This document shows, in pieces, positions 36,601-49,490 of a stretch of DNA of 64,000 nt. How positions within the stretch are numbered: the first letter of the stretch is position 1; each line of letters starts with the position of its first letter. The stretch is from contig MU058384.1 of the NCBI GenBank assembly GCA_013265495.1, positions 2,827,010 through 2,891,009 on the forward strand, in the 5' to 3' direction. The position numbers were made by a program, and so were the translations under genes. Under the pieces are notes generated by a model. That model had not been told where the DNA came from, did no database searches, and saw nothing but the letters and a program-made list of their open reading frames with translations. Origin of the DNA: Vicugna vicugna. Its lineage: Eukaryota.

Positions 36601-38830
36601 ATTGGAAATGCCGAGTGTTGGGATAGTCGTATGTTAATTATGTTTTATCATTTTCCAAAGTGGCTGAGCACCAGCAATGGGTGAGAATTCCACATCTTTA
36701 TGAACATTCCTCAAATTTCTTCAAATTCCTGAAAACATTGTATTTTCTCTCATTTGTACATTAGTATCCTTATAATGATAATCATTATAACTTTAAACTA
36801 TCATATAGCTTTTTCTTCTACAGGAAGTCACTACAGTAACTACCTATCATTAACACCTCTTTCCTTGCAAAGGAGTATCAGTGATCCCTCAATCTGTGCT
36901 TTTCTGCCCTTTAATTTGATGGGGGAGAAAGATGCTGTTTGGCAGTTGGGAGACCTAATTGAGCTGCTCTCTGACTTTAGTAAGCTCACTTCTGTGCCTC
37001 ACTTTCCTAACCTGTAAAAATGGGTTTTTCTCTGGGTTTTTAAAATGACAAACAAAATAATAGATGAATAAAATTAATGATAGGAAAATGATTACAATGC
37101 AGTAAATGAAAAAACTTATGTTATAAAATAGTATATGTAATACAACAAGTTTCTACTGTATAGCACAGGGAACTATATTCAATATCTTGCAGTAACCTAC
37201 AACGGAAAAGAACATGAAAACACATATACGTGTATACATATGACTGAAGCATTCTGCTATGCACCAGAAATTGACACAACATTGTAAACTGACTACACTT
37301 CAATAAAAATAAAATAAAATAGTATATCTAGCATGATCCTAAGCTAAGGAGTGAGGGCAGCAACATGTGCTTAAAGGCATAGAAAAAAATGCCTGAAGAC
37401 TATTTTCCAAAATGTTTAGAGTGACAAATTTGGGGAAATGATCCGTATTGGTTATTTAATTTCCTTCTTGACATTTTAAAATCTTTCCCAGAATTCCCAT
37501 ATTAAACATGAATTACCTACTTCATTAGAAAAAAAAGTTAATTTTTAAAAGTCCACAGTGTGACGGCCTCTGTTTCCCCTTGTGGGGTTACCTCACCTCT
37601 GCTCTTTCTCAATCCTTGGTTGAATAAATCAGAAACTCAATCTAACGACAGAAATAAATAGCACATTAGGAAGGAAGAAATTAGGGTAATGAACATTCCT
37701 AAGCCGAGGGAGGCCGCTGTCTTTAGTTATGTGAAAGGTGATTTTAATGATTTTCTCTTAACACTTAGGGCTTTTGAAATATTATTATTACATTGTGTCA
37801 GGGTTTAGCAGTGAAAAGAAATGAAGAAAAGCTGTCTCAACATTGCCTAGAAGGTATATGTGAAGTCATTCTAAATTACTCTTGGTTTTGTTGTAAACCT
37901 ATCACTCTTCTAAAAAAACAAAGTCTTTGGAAAAAAAATTGCCTGGAAGCAGGTGACAGAAGCAGTTTGCTTTGATGGTGGTCTGGTGCTCATTCACTGC
38001 TCCTCAGAGGCCAGACAGGGGAGGAAGGCATGAGGAACTTTGCTGTAGGAGGCAGGGGCCTGTCTTAAAATCAATTTCTGCAGAGGATGTGACCTTGGAC
38101 ATCAAGGATGTAGAAGTGTCCTGGGCAGGCTAATTGGCACCCAAAATAGAATCCAACTCAAACTGAACATGGACATGAACTTGGAGGGAGAGTGCCAGGA
38201 TGTGGACAAGCTTGACTTTATAAAGTGATTGATAGCTCTCTCCTTTATTTAATATTTACAAAAAGAAATGCTACAATTCTCCTTCAGTTCGTGTTAAAGG
38301 TTGGAGATGTATATGGAGTATATTTTCCAGAATCTATGCCTCTATTTTTTTTTTTTTACTTTAAATCTAATACAAGCTGTTTCATGGTGAAGTGTTGGCA
38401 AAAGTCCAGAACCTAGTACAGAACTGAAATGAAGGTTAAAAAGAAATGCTTCAAAGGGGACATCCAAATAAGTGGGAACTGCACCGGCACACGGGATTCA
38501 GCTCTCACAAGAGGCGGCCCTCAGCACCAGGTGTCACGTTTAATTGATAGTGCTTGTTCCTGACCTTGTGGGTGGCAGGAAGGAAGGGGAGTGACCGTGG
38601 CATTCACCGAAGGACAAGCTGTCCCATCCGCGGCACAGAAGCTCTGAATTCTTAGACGACTCGACCACTGACTTGTGGTGAAGGAGGGGATTTCCACTTT
38701 CAAAAATAGTACGACTTCTGTTAGGTTTGTGATTGCCTTTTTGGGAAGTTTGTTATATTTAGAAGCTTTCTCCGCCCCCGCCCAGCCCCCTGCACATGAT
38801 GGCTTTTAAAGTCCATCTGCAACATGACAT
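36601..38830 (+). repeat. Tandem duplication, copy 2 (2230 bp)
   Basis: Same ends as copy 1; differs by about 8 substitutions, a 14-bp indel and a 1-bp homopolymer indel. Confidence 0.98.
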
Positions 38831-40800
38831 GAGTCGTCAAAATTTTCATGGCAATCTTGTCATCAAGATGTTTTCTTAAAATGTGGGGAACAGCCATTGT
38901 ATTGACATACATTTTAACCAAAATGCTGAAAGCAGTGAAGTGATAAGGGACAATTTTCTTCTTCAGGCTTCTCTGTACTTTTCAAATGTTCTATATTGTG
39001 GTTTTCATGGAGATGTCCCAGATCTGGGCAGCGGTTTCTCAGGGGGGCTCTCCCCCATGGAGCTGTGCTCTGGTTACACTGTTCCTGGAGCCTTGAAGAC
39101 TAGGTCTGGAGCCAGTAAGCCGCAGGAATCTCCATGTAACATAGAGTATCAGTTACACAGAATGAAAAAACAAAACCCGGAAAAAATTAATCCTATTAGG
39201 AGCAGTTTTACTTTAAAAACTAAAACTAAACTTATTTTTAAAAAGCAAAAAACAAAAACAAAAACCTTTAAAATGCAATAGCCCCGTAAGGAAATGTTGG
39301 TTTTCAAAGATGGGCTTGGTGTAAGGCTCACATGTAGTTTAGTAGGACTTGATGTGTTCTGATTATCCCACAAGGTGAGGGACAGAGATTATGTATCGCT
39401 GCGGAGTTAATTTTGGATTTAGGGAAGCACATGATCAGCCCAGTCCACTTTCCATTTTATTTCCTATCCTTCCTGCAAACGACTTTCTGCGTAACTATAA
39501 TGTGTGATGCCTCTCAGAAGCCCCGCAGTGGAGCTGATGGGACAAAGGCCAGACAGGGAGGAAGCTCTTTCTCCCCGTATCCTAAAGGATTTGTAGAAGA
39601 TGATTCTTGGCTTTCACTTAAAAATTAGAAGGAAGATCCGGAAGTCTCACTCATTTCCTGTCCCCTCCCTTGAGCAGGGATGCCAAATTCTCAGGTTGGT
39701 GGTTAGAATTTTCCATCAAGTATATTAAAATTTCTCCTTTACCTGAGCACCGTCCAGTTCCTTCTGTTTGGTGCAATTTCACCCCAAAGTTTCTACAGAA
39801 TGTTTTATAACAAGCCTTCTGGTTCTTTCCCCCTAGTTTGCTAAATATTTGAAGAATAAATGAATATTTCCAGAGGGTAGCCTTTCTGGGTAAACCTCCC
39901 CTGTGGATGGAACTTGGGAACTGTTGGTACCAGTGCAACAACAGAGCCTGCCCATCTCTGATGGGAGCTCAGGTCATTTCTAAGCATTAGATTCCTCTCA
40001 CCTCATGGAAACTTTCCTTTCATCTATCATATCCCTTCCAAGATACATTCCAAGAGGCTGACCAGCTAGTCTATTAATGAGCTTCTTGGAGTGAGAGTAA
40101 AGGAATTTAGATGCATTTTAATGAAGACTTGTGAGTCCTCGCTTCTTTGCTGACTCTAATTGCTGTCACTGAAGCCCACACAGAGGAAGGGAACTGGCAG
40201 GTCAGGATAAAGAGAGGTTTGGGATGTTGGAAGACCTCTCCACGCAGAGCTGGTTCTAGTCTAGAGATGGTGATTGGCACCCAGAGCTAAACAGCAGCCT
40301 AGGACTACAAAATTTTGAGATGATTCTCTTTCCGAAGCTGGAATCCCATCCCACCCCCACCCTTTTTGTTTTTCAAGTCTAACAACTTTATTCTGAGCCT
40401 GGTATTTATTTACTTTTTCAGAATACTGCCTAAAATATCACCAAAACCCTTACATGTAAGAAGTGATCAGTGGCTATTTCTGGGAAGTAGAGAGCAAATG
40501 GGCTTGAAGAGGGCAAAACTATGGCAGTCTGGGGGACGACGCCCACGACCTGGAAACTGGTGGGAAAATGTCCGGTGGCAGATGGCTGCAGGAGGGCTCA
40601 GACAGGACAGTACGATAAGGAGCCAGCATTTGAGGGGACAAGTAAAGGCAGAGCAGCAGAGCAGATGCTCCTGGGGGTACCAACATGTCAACTTGGCAAA
40701 TCGCATGGCCCCTTCAGGACTCAGTTTCCTACTTGGCAAATTGAGGGAAATAAATGCTTTGGACTAAATGCTTTTTCTGCAAGTCCCCTTCCAGCATTAC

Positions 40801-40837
40801 ATTTCAGCAAGGTAAATTTCAGCAAGGTGAATTTCAG
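40801..40837. repeat. 15-bp tandem repeat, about 2.5 copies (ATTTCAGCAAGGTRA)
   Basis: Directly visible. Confidence 0.9.
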
Positions 40838-41389
40838 GAAGCTTCTCATTTAACATAAAGTTCCTAAAGAGCCAAGTCAAGAGGTCCTGGAAAGGAAGTC
40901 CTGCGTGCAGTTGATGACTGGCAAGTAGAAAGAAAAGACAGGATGGAGGACTTAATCTGTGTGGAGCAGCATAGAGGGTGGGTGATGCTGGGCTCCGTGT
41001 CCAGTCTCTGCTCTGCCATGTGCTGCTTGTTTCACTGTGGCTGTGCTAACACCTCTCTGAAGCTTTCTCAACTGCAAAACATAAAACTAAGGTAACCCCA
41101 GGACCTGCTTTATCAGTACTTTGTGCAGGTTTTGAGGATCACCTGACACAGTGTATGCAAAAATCTTGGCTCCGTGCCTGGCACGTGGCTGAGAAACGTT
41201 GGCTTTTGTTATGAAGCATGTGAGGGTGGACTCACAGGTGAAGGAAGGAGAGGAGCACGTTGGAGACTTTTGAGGGCGCTGTGGTTTAGGAAAATCCCCA
41301 GGAGAGGCAGACGCCCAGACAAGGAAGCAGTCAGTGTAAATCAGTATCACAAAGAGACCCCTGAGGCCAGTGGCCCGTACTCACTAATA

Positions 41390-42058
41390 CGAATCCCAGC
41401 TTAATTTAAAATTTTCGTATTTTGTTCATCTTGGATTTTTTGGCACTGCTTTTTATTTTTTAAAAACGCTGCATTAAATATCATTTATCTTGATGATAGA
41501 GCTTTGCTCCTCCCACCCTAAATTTTACAGTCAAGGCCAGTGTTGACTTGTCTCACCTGGCAACTAAAAATTGTCCCTTGCCATCTGGTTCAACAAGAAT
41601 AAACTCACGAGCCACTGCAGTCGCTGACCTTCAACACACTCTGAAAAAAATTCAGGGCTGAGATCAGGAATGAGGCACTCTGTGCTCCGGGTAAAACGGG
41701 CAGAACAGGCCTTCAGTTAGTCGGATATTTTCAGGAGAAGATTTTATGAGCCCAATTGCTTGCATTTTCTCATAATTAGAAAAAGCACTAAAATTATTAA
41801 CGGAGACATCTGCTCCTCGTGACTGGCAGCAATTTCTGCCAAAATGTGTGCTTGATGGCATGTATTCCCACTTCACTAAAATCATATATATACTGACCTC
41901 CCCACCACCTCTTCAGGGCAGTTCCTCAGAGCTTTCTGAGATGCTGTCTCCTGGGCTATCGTCCTTTTATTTTGCCCCAAATAAAACTTAACTCACAAGT
42001 CTCATGTTGTGCTTTTTTTTTTTTTTATTTCAGTTGACACACCTAAGTCCCAGACCTG
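41390..42058. mobile_element. hAT-Tip100 MITE (MER96B-like), split by an LTR
   Basis: 'ttaaaattttcgtattttgttcatcttggatttttt...ttatcttgat...ccctaaattt'; its terminus 'cacctaagtcccagacctg' resumes after the LTR. Confidence 0.7.
41558..42039 (+). mobile_element. ERV1 solo LTR
   Basis: Inverted termini TGGCAACTAAAA...TTTCAGTTGACA; TATA-like 'tatatata' near 41885; AATAAA near 41980; perfect 4-bp TSD CACC (41554-41557 / 42040-42043). Confidence 0.9.
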
Positions 42059-42137
42059 CCCGAAGCAAGGTTGAAGATTTGTTTAGTCCAAAAAGTCAAT
42101 CCTGTAACATAAAGTATTGTAAATTGGCCCAGAAGTT

Positions 42138-42652
42138 TGAGGGGAAGCCAGATATGCCATCGCCCAAATATGCCACTTTGACATAAGAATTTTTTTGGCA
42201 TGAAAGCATTTGAATTCCTGAAATCTCTTATTTGCCTAAAAGCAGAACCTCTCAAAAGATCTCATAAATTCTCTTCCCTGGGAGCAACTCCAGTCTTCTC
42301 TTTGGGAGCAGAGAAATCCATCCCACACCCAGACAGACGTCTCACAAATGATCACATCTCTCATCTACTCTTTTAATGGCCCATTTTTCTTGCCAAAAAT
42401 TCATTTGCTTTTCCTTAAGTTCCCTTTCTCCCTGTCCCTTCTCCCAGCTTAGTTAAGAAATACAGACCCCAAGTTCAAACCACCCTTTGAGTCACTATCA
42501 CTGAGCGCTCCCATGGGTAAGTCTGATGCCCGTGTTAATAACCTTATTTGTTTTTCTCATATTGATCTGTCTTTGGTCAGTCTGATTTACAGTGCCCCAG
42601 CTGGAGAACCTAAGATGGGTAGGAGGGAAAGATTTTTTTTCTCCTCCCATCA
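42138..42652 (+). mobile_element. ERV1 solo LTR (MER34-like)
   Basis: TG...CA; 'atgccatcgcccaaatatgccactttgacataag'; TSD agtt/agtc; 5' end related to the LTR at 11932-12454. Confidence 0.8.
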
Positions 42653-44720
42653 AGTCTCAGATGCGTCTAAAGGATTATGGCTGCAAGAAGAGAAGGAAAG
42701 GCATCTTTGTTCTACTGATTATAGAAGGGAGTCAGACAATAAGAAATGCCCTGTCTCCCCTGTGCTGGATCCCACGGCCACAAAGGCAGAATGTAGGCGT
42801 CTTTGATCAGAGGAGGCAGACCTGCGAGAACACCAGTAGCATAAGCCTTCATTTAGCCGGGCCTGAGACTCTCCTTCCAACTCGAAGAAGGAAATTGGGC
42901 TGTTTTATGGGGCCTGAGAGGGAGGAGGTGGGCAGAAGTTCAGCTTGCTTCACAGCTAGTTGGTCAATGATGGTTCTCTGAAGAAGGAGGGATTGTTCTT
43001 GTGGATTAGCAGCTATTGGCAATTTGGATTTTATCAAGAGGGATAAAAGGGAACAGTTGGGGTTACAGCCACTTGTGAAAGTGGGTGTGGAGGAACAGCT
43101 GCAAAAAAAACAAGGACAGGGAGGCTGTTGTGGGTGATGCCTGGTCCTTTGGGGTCTCTGGCAGGTCTGTCTGGGGCATCCACAGGTAAGACATGTAGCA
43201 GGCCGGGGCAAGTAATTCGACATTTTCAAAAACGCTTTAATTATTACCTTACAGCTGGGGGGCTCAGGTGAGGGAGGGAATGGGTAGCTGAAAGCATCTT
43301 GGAAAGCTTGTATTTCCCTTGGGCTCTTACCTGTTCTCAGGAGAGCTAAAATGACAGGCAACAGGGGCAACAGCCTGGCTCACCAACCCCTAATGCCCAC
43401 GCCTTGGCCTTGACCTAGGGGCTACTCACAGGGTGGCAAACCCCAGGTGCCTGAGTTACTGACTCCCTCTGAGCGGCACTCTGCTAACTGCACGTCTTCG
43501 TATAACAACTGAAGAGTTTCATTGTGAAGAGGTTTTACACGTCTTACCTTGTTTTTCTTTTCACTCCCACACTGTAAGGCAACCACTTTTAGCCATTGCT
43601 TTTATGGATAAAAGGACTAACCCATAGAATATTTAAGTGGCTTACTCAATATCACTCAGCAGGTTAATGAGAAGACTGGTGACTGGGTTTCCTAATTCTC
43701 ATTCTCCGGTTATTTCTGGGAGACCACATGGTGGAAGAATTTGCAGCTAGGGACACCGCTGACCCCAGCGAGCTCTCCTTTCATTCTGGTGCTTTTGTCG
43801 CCAAGGTTGGCTGACCTCCCCAAAGCAGACTGGGAAAACCCAGTAACCTGAGCCCAACAGCCAGTGAGTTTTCAGGGGCCAGAGCCCACCGAAACTTTCT
43901 TTCACTCCTTCCCTCTTATCTTTGTCCCAGGAAAGTATAAACATCTAACTTATCCCACCTCTGGTCACAAAGTAAATTTCTAGTTGGTCTCTGTGGTTTA
44001 ATGCCAGTTCTTTCTCTATCAGAAGGGAAATACAGTGGAGAAAAATCCCCAGCGTGTCCCAGACAGCATACAAATTTATTCATCACATGATAAAATACAG
44101 TTTCAATGCCAGGGACATCATTATTACCATCATCATCAATTACAAGGAAAATACAGATTTTCTGTCTTCAGGGAACTTCGTGTAAAAGGAGGAGACAGAC
44201 CTACACGCAGACAATGTCTACACTCTGTGATGGCTAAGGGTTGAAACAGGTTCAAGTTGCCACGGGAGCAGAGGGAAAAAGAAGCTTTCATCTCACTGGG
44301 TGTGTAATGAAAAGAAATTCCCTGGATACAGACCCGTCATGAGATGGAGATCACATTTTGTGCGGGTGTGTGAGGCGAGGGGCATTCAGAAGGAGGTTCA
44401 TTATATATATACAAATTCTACTTAATATTTTAGAATTATGCTAGGGGCTGCAGAGTCACCCACTGTTCTATGGCCAGGATTGACCAGAGGATTAAGTAAC
44501 TGGGTAAGAATTTCAGTAGCAGTTTTGACTGTGTCCCTGGGGACATGCTCTGCTCTGCTTTATAATCAAGATATTGCCAAACACAATTAATTGAGTACCC
44601 ATTATGTGTCTGATATTCTGGGCACTAGGGTAATTTTGGTGAACAAAACAGGGAAATGAGGCTGATATTCTAGTCATGTATGTTGAATACGCTTCTCAAA
44701 CGATATCTGTTTCCCTTGAG

Positions 44721-44841
44721 CAGTGGTTCCCAAACTCTGCTCATTAGAATCACTGGGGAACCTTTTAAAAATTCCAAAGCTTGGCCCAACCTAGACCAAA
44801 TTCAGGTGATTCTCATGTACAAGGAGGGCTGAAAACCACTG
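44721..44841. mobile_element. MER5A-like MITE (internally deleted)
   Basis: TIRs CAGTGGTT...AACCACTG; 'cattagaatcactggggaaccttttaaaa'. Confidence 0.8.
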
Positions 44842-44924
44842 CCCTGGAAATTCTGATGTATTTCCCTAGGGAGGCAGATGGTCCCTTCCCCACCTCCCAC
44901 CAGCCTTCTGAAGGTCACTTATAT

Positions 44925-45060
44925 AACTCACAGATGAGGAAACCTAGACTCAGAGTCTCAGAGTGACATGTCCAAGGTAAAGGGCACATCTAGGGAGTCA
45001 CAGGGACAGAATTTGAACCAGGGTCTTCTGATTTTAAGTCGAATATATTTTTCACTACAA
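44925..45060 (-). mobile_element. MIR SINE fragment
   Basis: 'acagatgaggaaacctagactcagag...gaatttgaaccagggtcttctga'. Confidence 0.75.
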
Positions 45061-45189
45061 TGAAAGTGGGAAAAACAGTGAATGTTGTTACTGCTGACCA
45101 CAAAGATCCCAGGGGCTCCCCCAGGGCTGTGAGGCAGTTGTCTGCAAGCCTCCTGGTCACTTCTCACTCACTGAAGACTTCAGCACCTG

Positions 45190-45945
45190 GACCAGCCTTC
45201 ATCCTACGAAACATAAATAACCCAGAAGTCCATTCAACATGGAGCCCATCCTTCATCCTCCTTCCTACGACCTCCTCATTACCAATACATTTCTCCTGCA
45301 CTCCACCTTAGCTGTGCATCCCCACTGCCATGCCTTGACAACACCTCCACTACTAGTTCAAATAAGAACTTCTCCAGGGATAAAATCATGTAGCATTTCA
45401 CGAAGCCTTGGCTTCCATCACTCCTACAGTGCTCAGTCTCATTGGCCTTGGGCAGTGCACCCACTCTCTCTTTTGTCTTTTCTCTTTCAGCATCTCCTTC
45501 TGTCATTTTCCTTCATTCCTGCCTTGGAATCCGTGGGCCATCACTTTCATCATTGTCAGGCAAGTGCTTGTAACTCACAGGGCTTCTTTAAACCCTCTTT
45601 CCCTTGATCACCAGCCTTCACACCTGTTGTTATCAGTGTCTGGTACCCTCTATTTGTCTGAGTCCTAATTATCCTTAAGGTTTCAGTTTAATGACTTTGA
45701 GAGGCCCTTCCTGACCCCTCAGTCTAACGGAGGGGCCCCCTTGTTACACCATTCCTTCCCAATTCTTATCATAAGTTCTATTTCTACATGTATCTGTGTG
45801 ATGCTTTGTTTCATGTCTGTTTCCCCACCAGGCCAGGGCATGAGGCTCTCTGCTTTGAGTATTGTTGTATCCCCAGTTATTGACATTCCTTCTGGCACAT
45901 ATCAGGTGCTTTGTAAGTACATGAATGAAGGAAGGAATCAGTGAG
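45190..45945 (+). mobile_element. L2 LINE fragments with 3' end
   Basis: Ends 'tggcacatatcaggtgctttgtaagtacatgaatgaaggaagg'. Confidence 0.65.
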
Positions 45946-48354
45946 CTGATTAACATCCCCAAAGTCACATATGGTTATTTAGTGGCAGAATTATAACTTA
46001 ACCATCTCATTATGATTTGACCATTGAGATGATTTTCAATCACAAATTTTGCAGTTGACCTTTCAAGGTGCCCACATGCATGAGCCCTGTTGCTCCACCA
46101 GAGGCAGAGTTCACCCAGTAGTGACTCCTAAAGCCCCATAAGTGACAATCCTATTTTCTATAAGAGAGCATCAAGAAGTTGTCCATGCACCATGGGGTTA
46201 TGAACCAGAGAGGTCACAGTGCAGCATGGGGCAGGGCTCAGAGTCACTGTGCTGGCTGGCTCTACCATCAGGCTAAAAGGATCTTGCTTAATATGCAATT
46301 TCTCTAATTCAATTTTAAATACATCTTTCCAAACATACATTTAAGACTTTTTTCACATAGCATGTTTGCTTATATAAATGGACTTTTAAATTCTGAACGT
46401 GCTCAACTTCTCCCTAAATAGGGAACCTTCTAGCAGGACTCCGCCAGGTTTCAGACACACGAGCTATTATGAGAACTTTTTTTCCCCATGGGAGATTATT
46501 TCAGATCTCTCAGGAATCTCAAGTTTTGTTGCTTCCTTTGATATGTATTTAGGTTCTGACTGATAAGACAGAACTAGGGGCCTGGAGAATGGAATCAGAT
46601 ACCTGCTGTCTTAATAGGTTAATTTATTAAGCTCTAATGAGAGCCTGGCTCTGATAAGTTTTATGGAGAGTAAGATATATGACTTGGAAAGTTTGAGGGC
46701 ACGGCCATCCAAGGTGAACTGGGGAATAAAGATCCTCTTTGTTCTCTGCTTGGGATCCTCACCAGAGACAGGACATGACGTGTGCTCCTGGGACTCGTCA
46801 GTGGTCCAAATGGGACACACGGTTGGGTGACCGTCGGTAACAACTGTTTTCATGCGGCCTATGTAAACTTGGCTTCCAATCTCAAACTAGTGTTGATACT
46901 TGAACTTTACCGCTAGGGGTATGAAAAGCTGGAGCAGGAGCTGGGTGTCCATAGTGTTAAAACATTCCACAGGTTGATTCTGATACTTGGCCAGAGTTGA
47001 CTACCAGCCCTCTTTACTGAAATCTCTGAGTGGGAGTCTTTTGGTGATTTAGATGACTGATGTTATGTATTTATTTCCTGGAAGAATCATCTAGACCCTG
47101 TGTGTTAGAAAGCCCAGTGTTTCCCAAATACATAAAAAGTTGATTTATTGAAGAAAAACACATGGGTGGCTGTGTGTCTTGTGATCTGACACCAAGTACT
47201 GGTCTAGTCTATAAACCATCTCCCTAAGCACTCCTAACCAACTATTCAAGCCCCACAGAAGCCCTACAGTGTTAGAGCTGGGCTTGCCAGCAGCGTGCTA
47301 ACCAAGGGTCTTCTCTGAGGATGGAGACTACGGAGCCCCCATCCCACACGTGTCCCTATTTGCCCTCCCCCTCGGCCCCCCTCCCTCTTCCCCATTTAGC
47401 TGGAGCGTCTTTTGGCTATGCGAAGGAGTTTCGGTGAGAAGGAATGACTCATTGAAGCTTTTTTTCAGAAGACTTCTTTTCCTTTGATAAGGAATCCGGA
47501 GAACCCAGGTTGGGGAAGCGCTCGCCTCGTCTGGGATTAGTGTGCACTGAACCATGAATTCCCCTGGACTGGGGCCCTGGGCCGAAATCCCTCACTCTTT
47601 ACATAAATAAACAAATAAATACAGTCTTTCAGCTGGTACCTAATAAAAAACTCATACAGGCAAATCAAGATTAGTACACCTCCTGGAAACTCCCAGATTT
47701 CAGACTTCAATAAGATAGTCATAGGGGATCCGACCCAATTAAGTTGCGCGTGTAAAATCCCCCTTTTAGCCTAACAAATAACAAACAACAGGGTCTTTTG
47801 CTTTGCTCCAGACCCTTTGATCAAGGTTTAGTTGCTAAGACTGAGATTAGTGGAGAAAAATATTACTAATCTGAAAACTCTTTTTCTCCAGAGGAAAAAT
47901 GCTATGATGCACCAAAATGTCCTAAATAATTGTTTAAGTAAAACAAAGCAAAACAAAACAAAAACAACAGGCTGAAAATGACCTTTTGGCAAAGGGATTT
48001 GCCACTCTCGGCTCCTGTGCTTATATCTAAAGGATGAAAGAAGAAACTGTGGGCATCACACCCTTGCCATGGCCATGGCCATATGGTCTTAGTTTTATTT
48101 GGATCAATTTGGACAGAAACTGCCAAAAGCAGAGACTAACCAGCTTCCCAGCTTTCAAATAATGCCAAACTAGGCAAGGTCCCCAGCTATTTAGGTCCCA
48201 AGGCCAAAATCATGAGATGAAAAATCCCCAGCAGATATAATTTATTTCTAGTGGCATACGTTTTATATTTAGGGTTTGGAAACTCCTCTCATGTGACAGA
48301 GGTCCAGATTAAGATCTTTGGAGTGCTTTCATTTTTCTTCAAAAGCACTGAATG

Positions 48355-48605
48355 CAGTGGTTCTCACCTAGAGGTGATATTTCCCCCTAGGGGCATTGGA
48401 CAATGTCTAGAGACATTTTCTTTTGTCGCAGAATGAGGATGGTGGTGGGTGGGGGTGGGGAGCAGGTTCCTCTCTAGTAGGGGGAGCACAGCTGCTGCTA
48501 AAATCCTACAGTGCTCAGGACAGCCCTTCACAATAAAACAGTATCTAGTCTAAATGCTAATAGTGTACCAAAGTTGGTACACTAACAGAAGGTTGGAAAC
48601 TCTAA
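48355..48605 (+). mobile_element. MER20-like hAT MITE
   Basis: 'cagtggttctca...caatgtctagagacatttt...gctgctaaaatcctacagtgctcaggacagccc'. Confidence 0.85.
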
Positions 48606-48889
48606 CAGAATGGGTACCCTTAGCCAGCTATGGAAGTTACTGTCTTGGACATACTCATCAGGGAGATGGTGAACCATAATAGCTATTATTTATTGAATGT
48701 TACCTGTGTTTTAGCTACTTCACTTACATTCATTTTTAAAATTAATAGTCCTTATTTTTTAGAGCAATTTTAGGTTTATAGAAAAATTGAGTGGAAATGA
48801 CAAAGGGTTCCCATATTCTCTCTCACCTGTGCCCTCATTTCCCCTATTATTAACACCTTGCATTAGTGTGGTATATTTAACACATGACA

Positions 48890-49244
48890 AGAGCCTGAAG
48901 ACATGGAATCAGGCTAGCAGCAGCGTCAGCTCTCTCTAACTTTGAGTTCCATCATTTTTAGTTGGCTGCCTTTTTGTCCTCATGCTTGTTGGATCATGAT
49001 AGAAAGATGGCCAGGCCAGTCACCATGTCTACCTTCCAGGCAGAAGGAAGGGGAAGAGGGTGACACTTGCCCTATCTATTCCTTTTATCAGGAAAGGGAC
49101 TGAGGCTGGCCTCCACTCAGACTCCCCTTTACATCTCATTGGCTAGGACTACCTTTAGGCGTTCCAGCCTCTGTGGTGGAGGGCTCGCAATGGAGAAGGG
49201 GGCTGGAAAAGGACGTTGAATATATCATTCAAAAGTTGTCTGCC
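48890..49244 (-). mobile_element. MaLR LTR fragment (MLT1K-like)
   Basis: 'aagatggcc...ttccaggcagaaggaagg...cagactccccttttacatctcattggctagga'. Confidence 0.65.
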
Positions 49245-49246
49245 TT

Positions 49247-49490
49247 CCTCACAGACACAGAAAACAAACTTATGGTTACCAAAGGGGGAAGGGAGGGAGA
49301 ATAAGTTAGGAGTTGGGGATTAGCAGATAAAAACGACTATATATTAAATAAACAACAAGGTGCTACTGTATAGCACAGGGAGCTATACTTACTATCTTGT
49401 AATGCAAAAGTATACATATAACTGAATCACTATGCTGTACAACAGAAACTAACACAACATTGTAAATCAATGACACTTCAATTAAAAAAA
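49247..49490 (+). mobile_element. Short L1 3' end
   Basis: 'ctcacagacacagaaaacaaacttatggttaccaaagggg...cttcaattaaaaaaa'; TSD aaaagttgtctgcctt / aaaagttgcctgcttt. Confidence 0.9.

Noticed and set aside
41558..42652. Two-LTR proviral remnant
   Set aside because: The LTRs differ in sequence, each has its own TSD, and there is no PBS or internal region between them.
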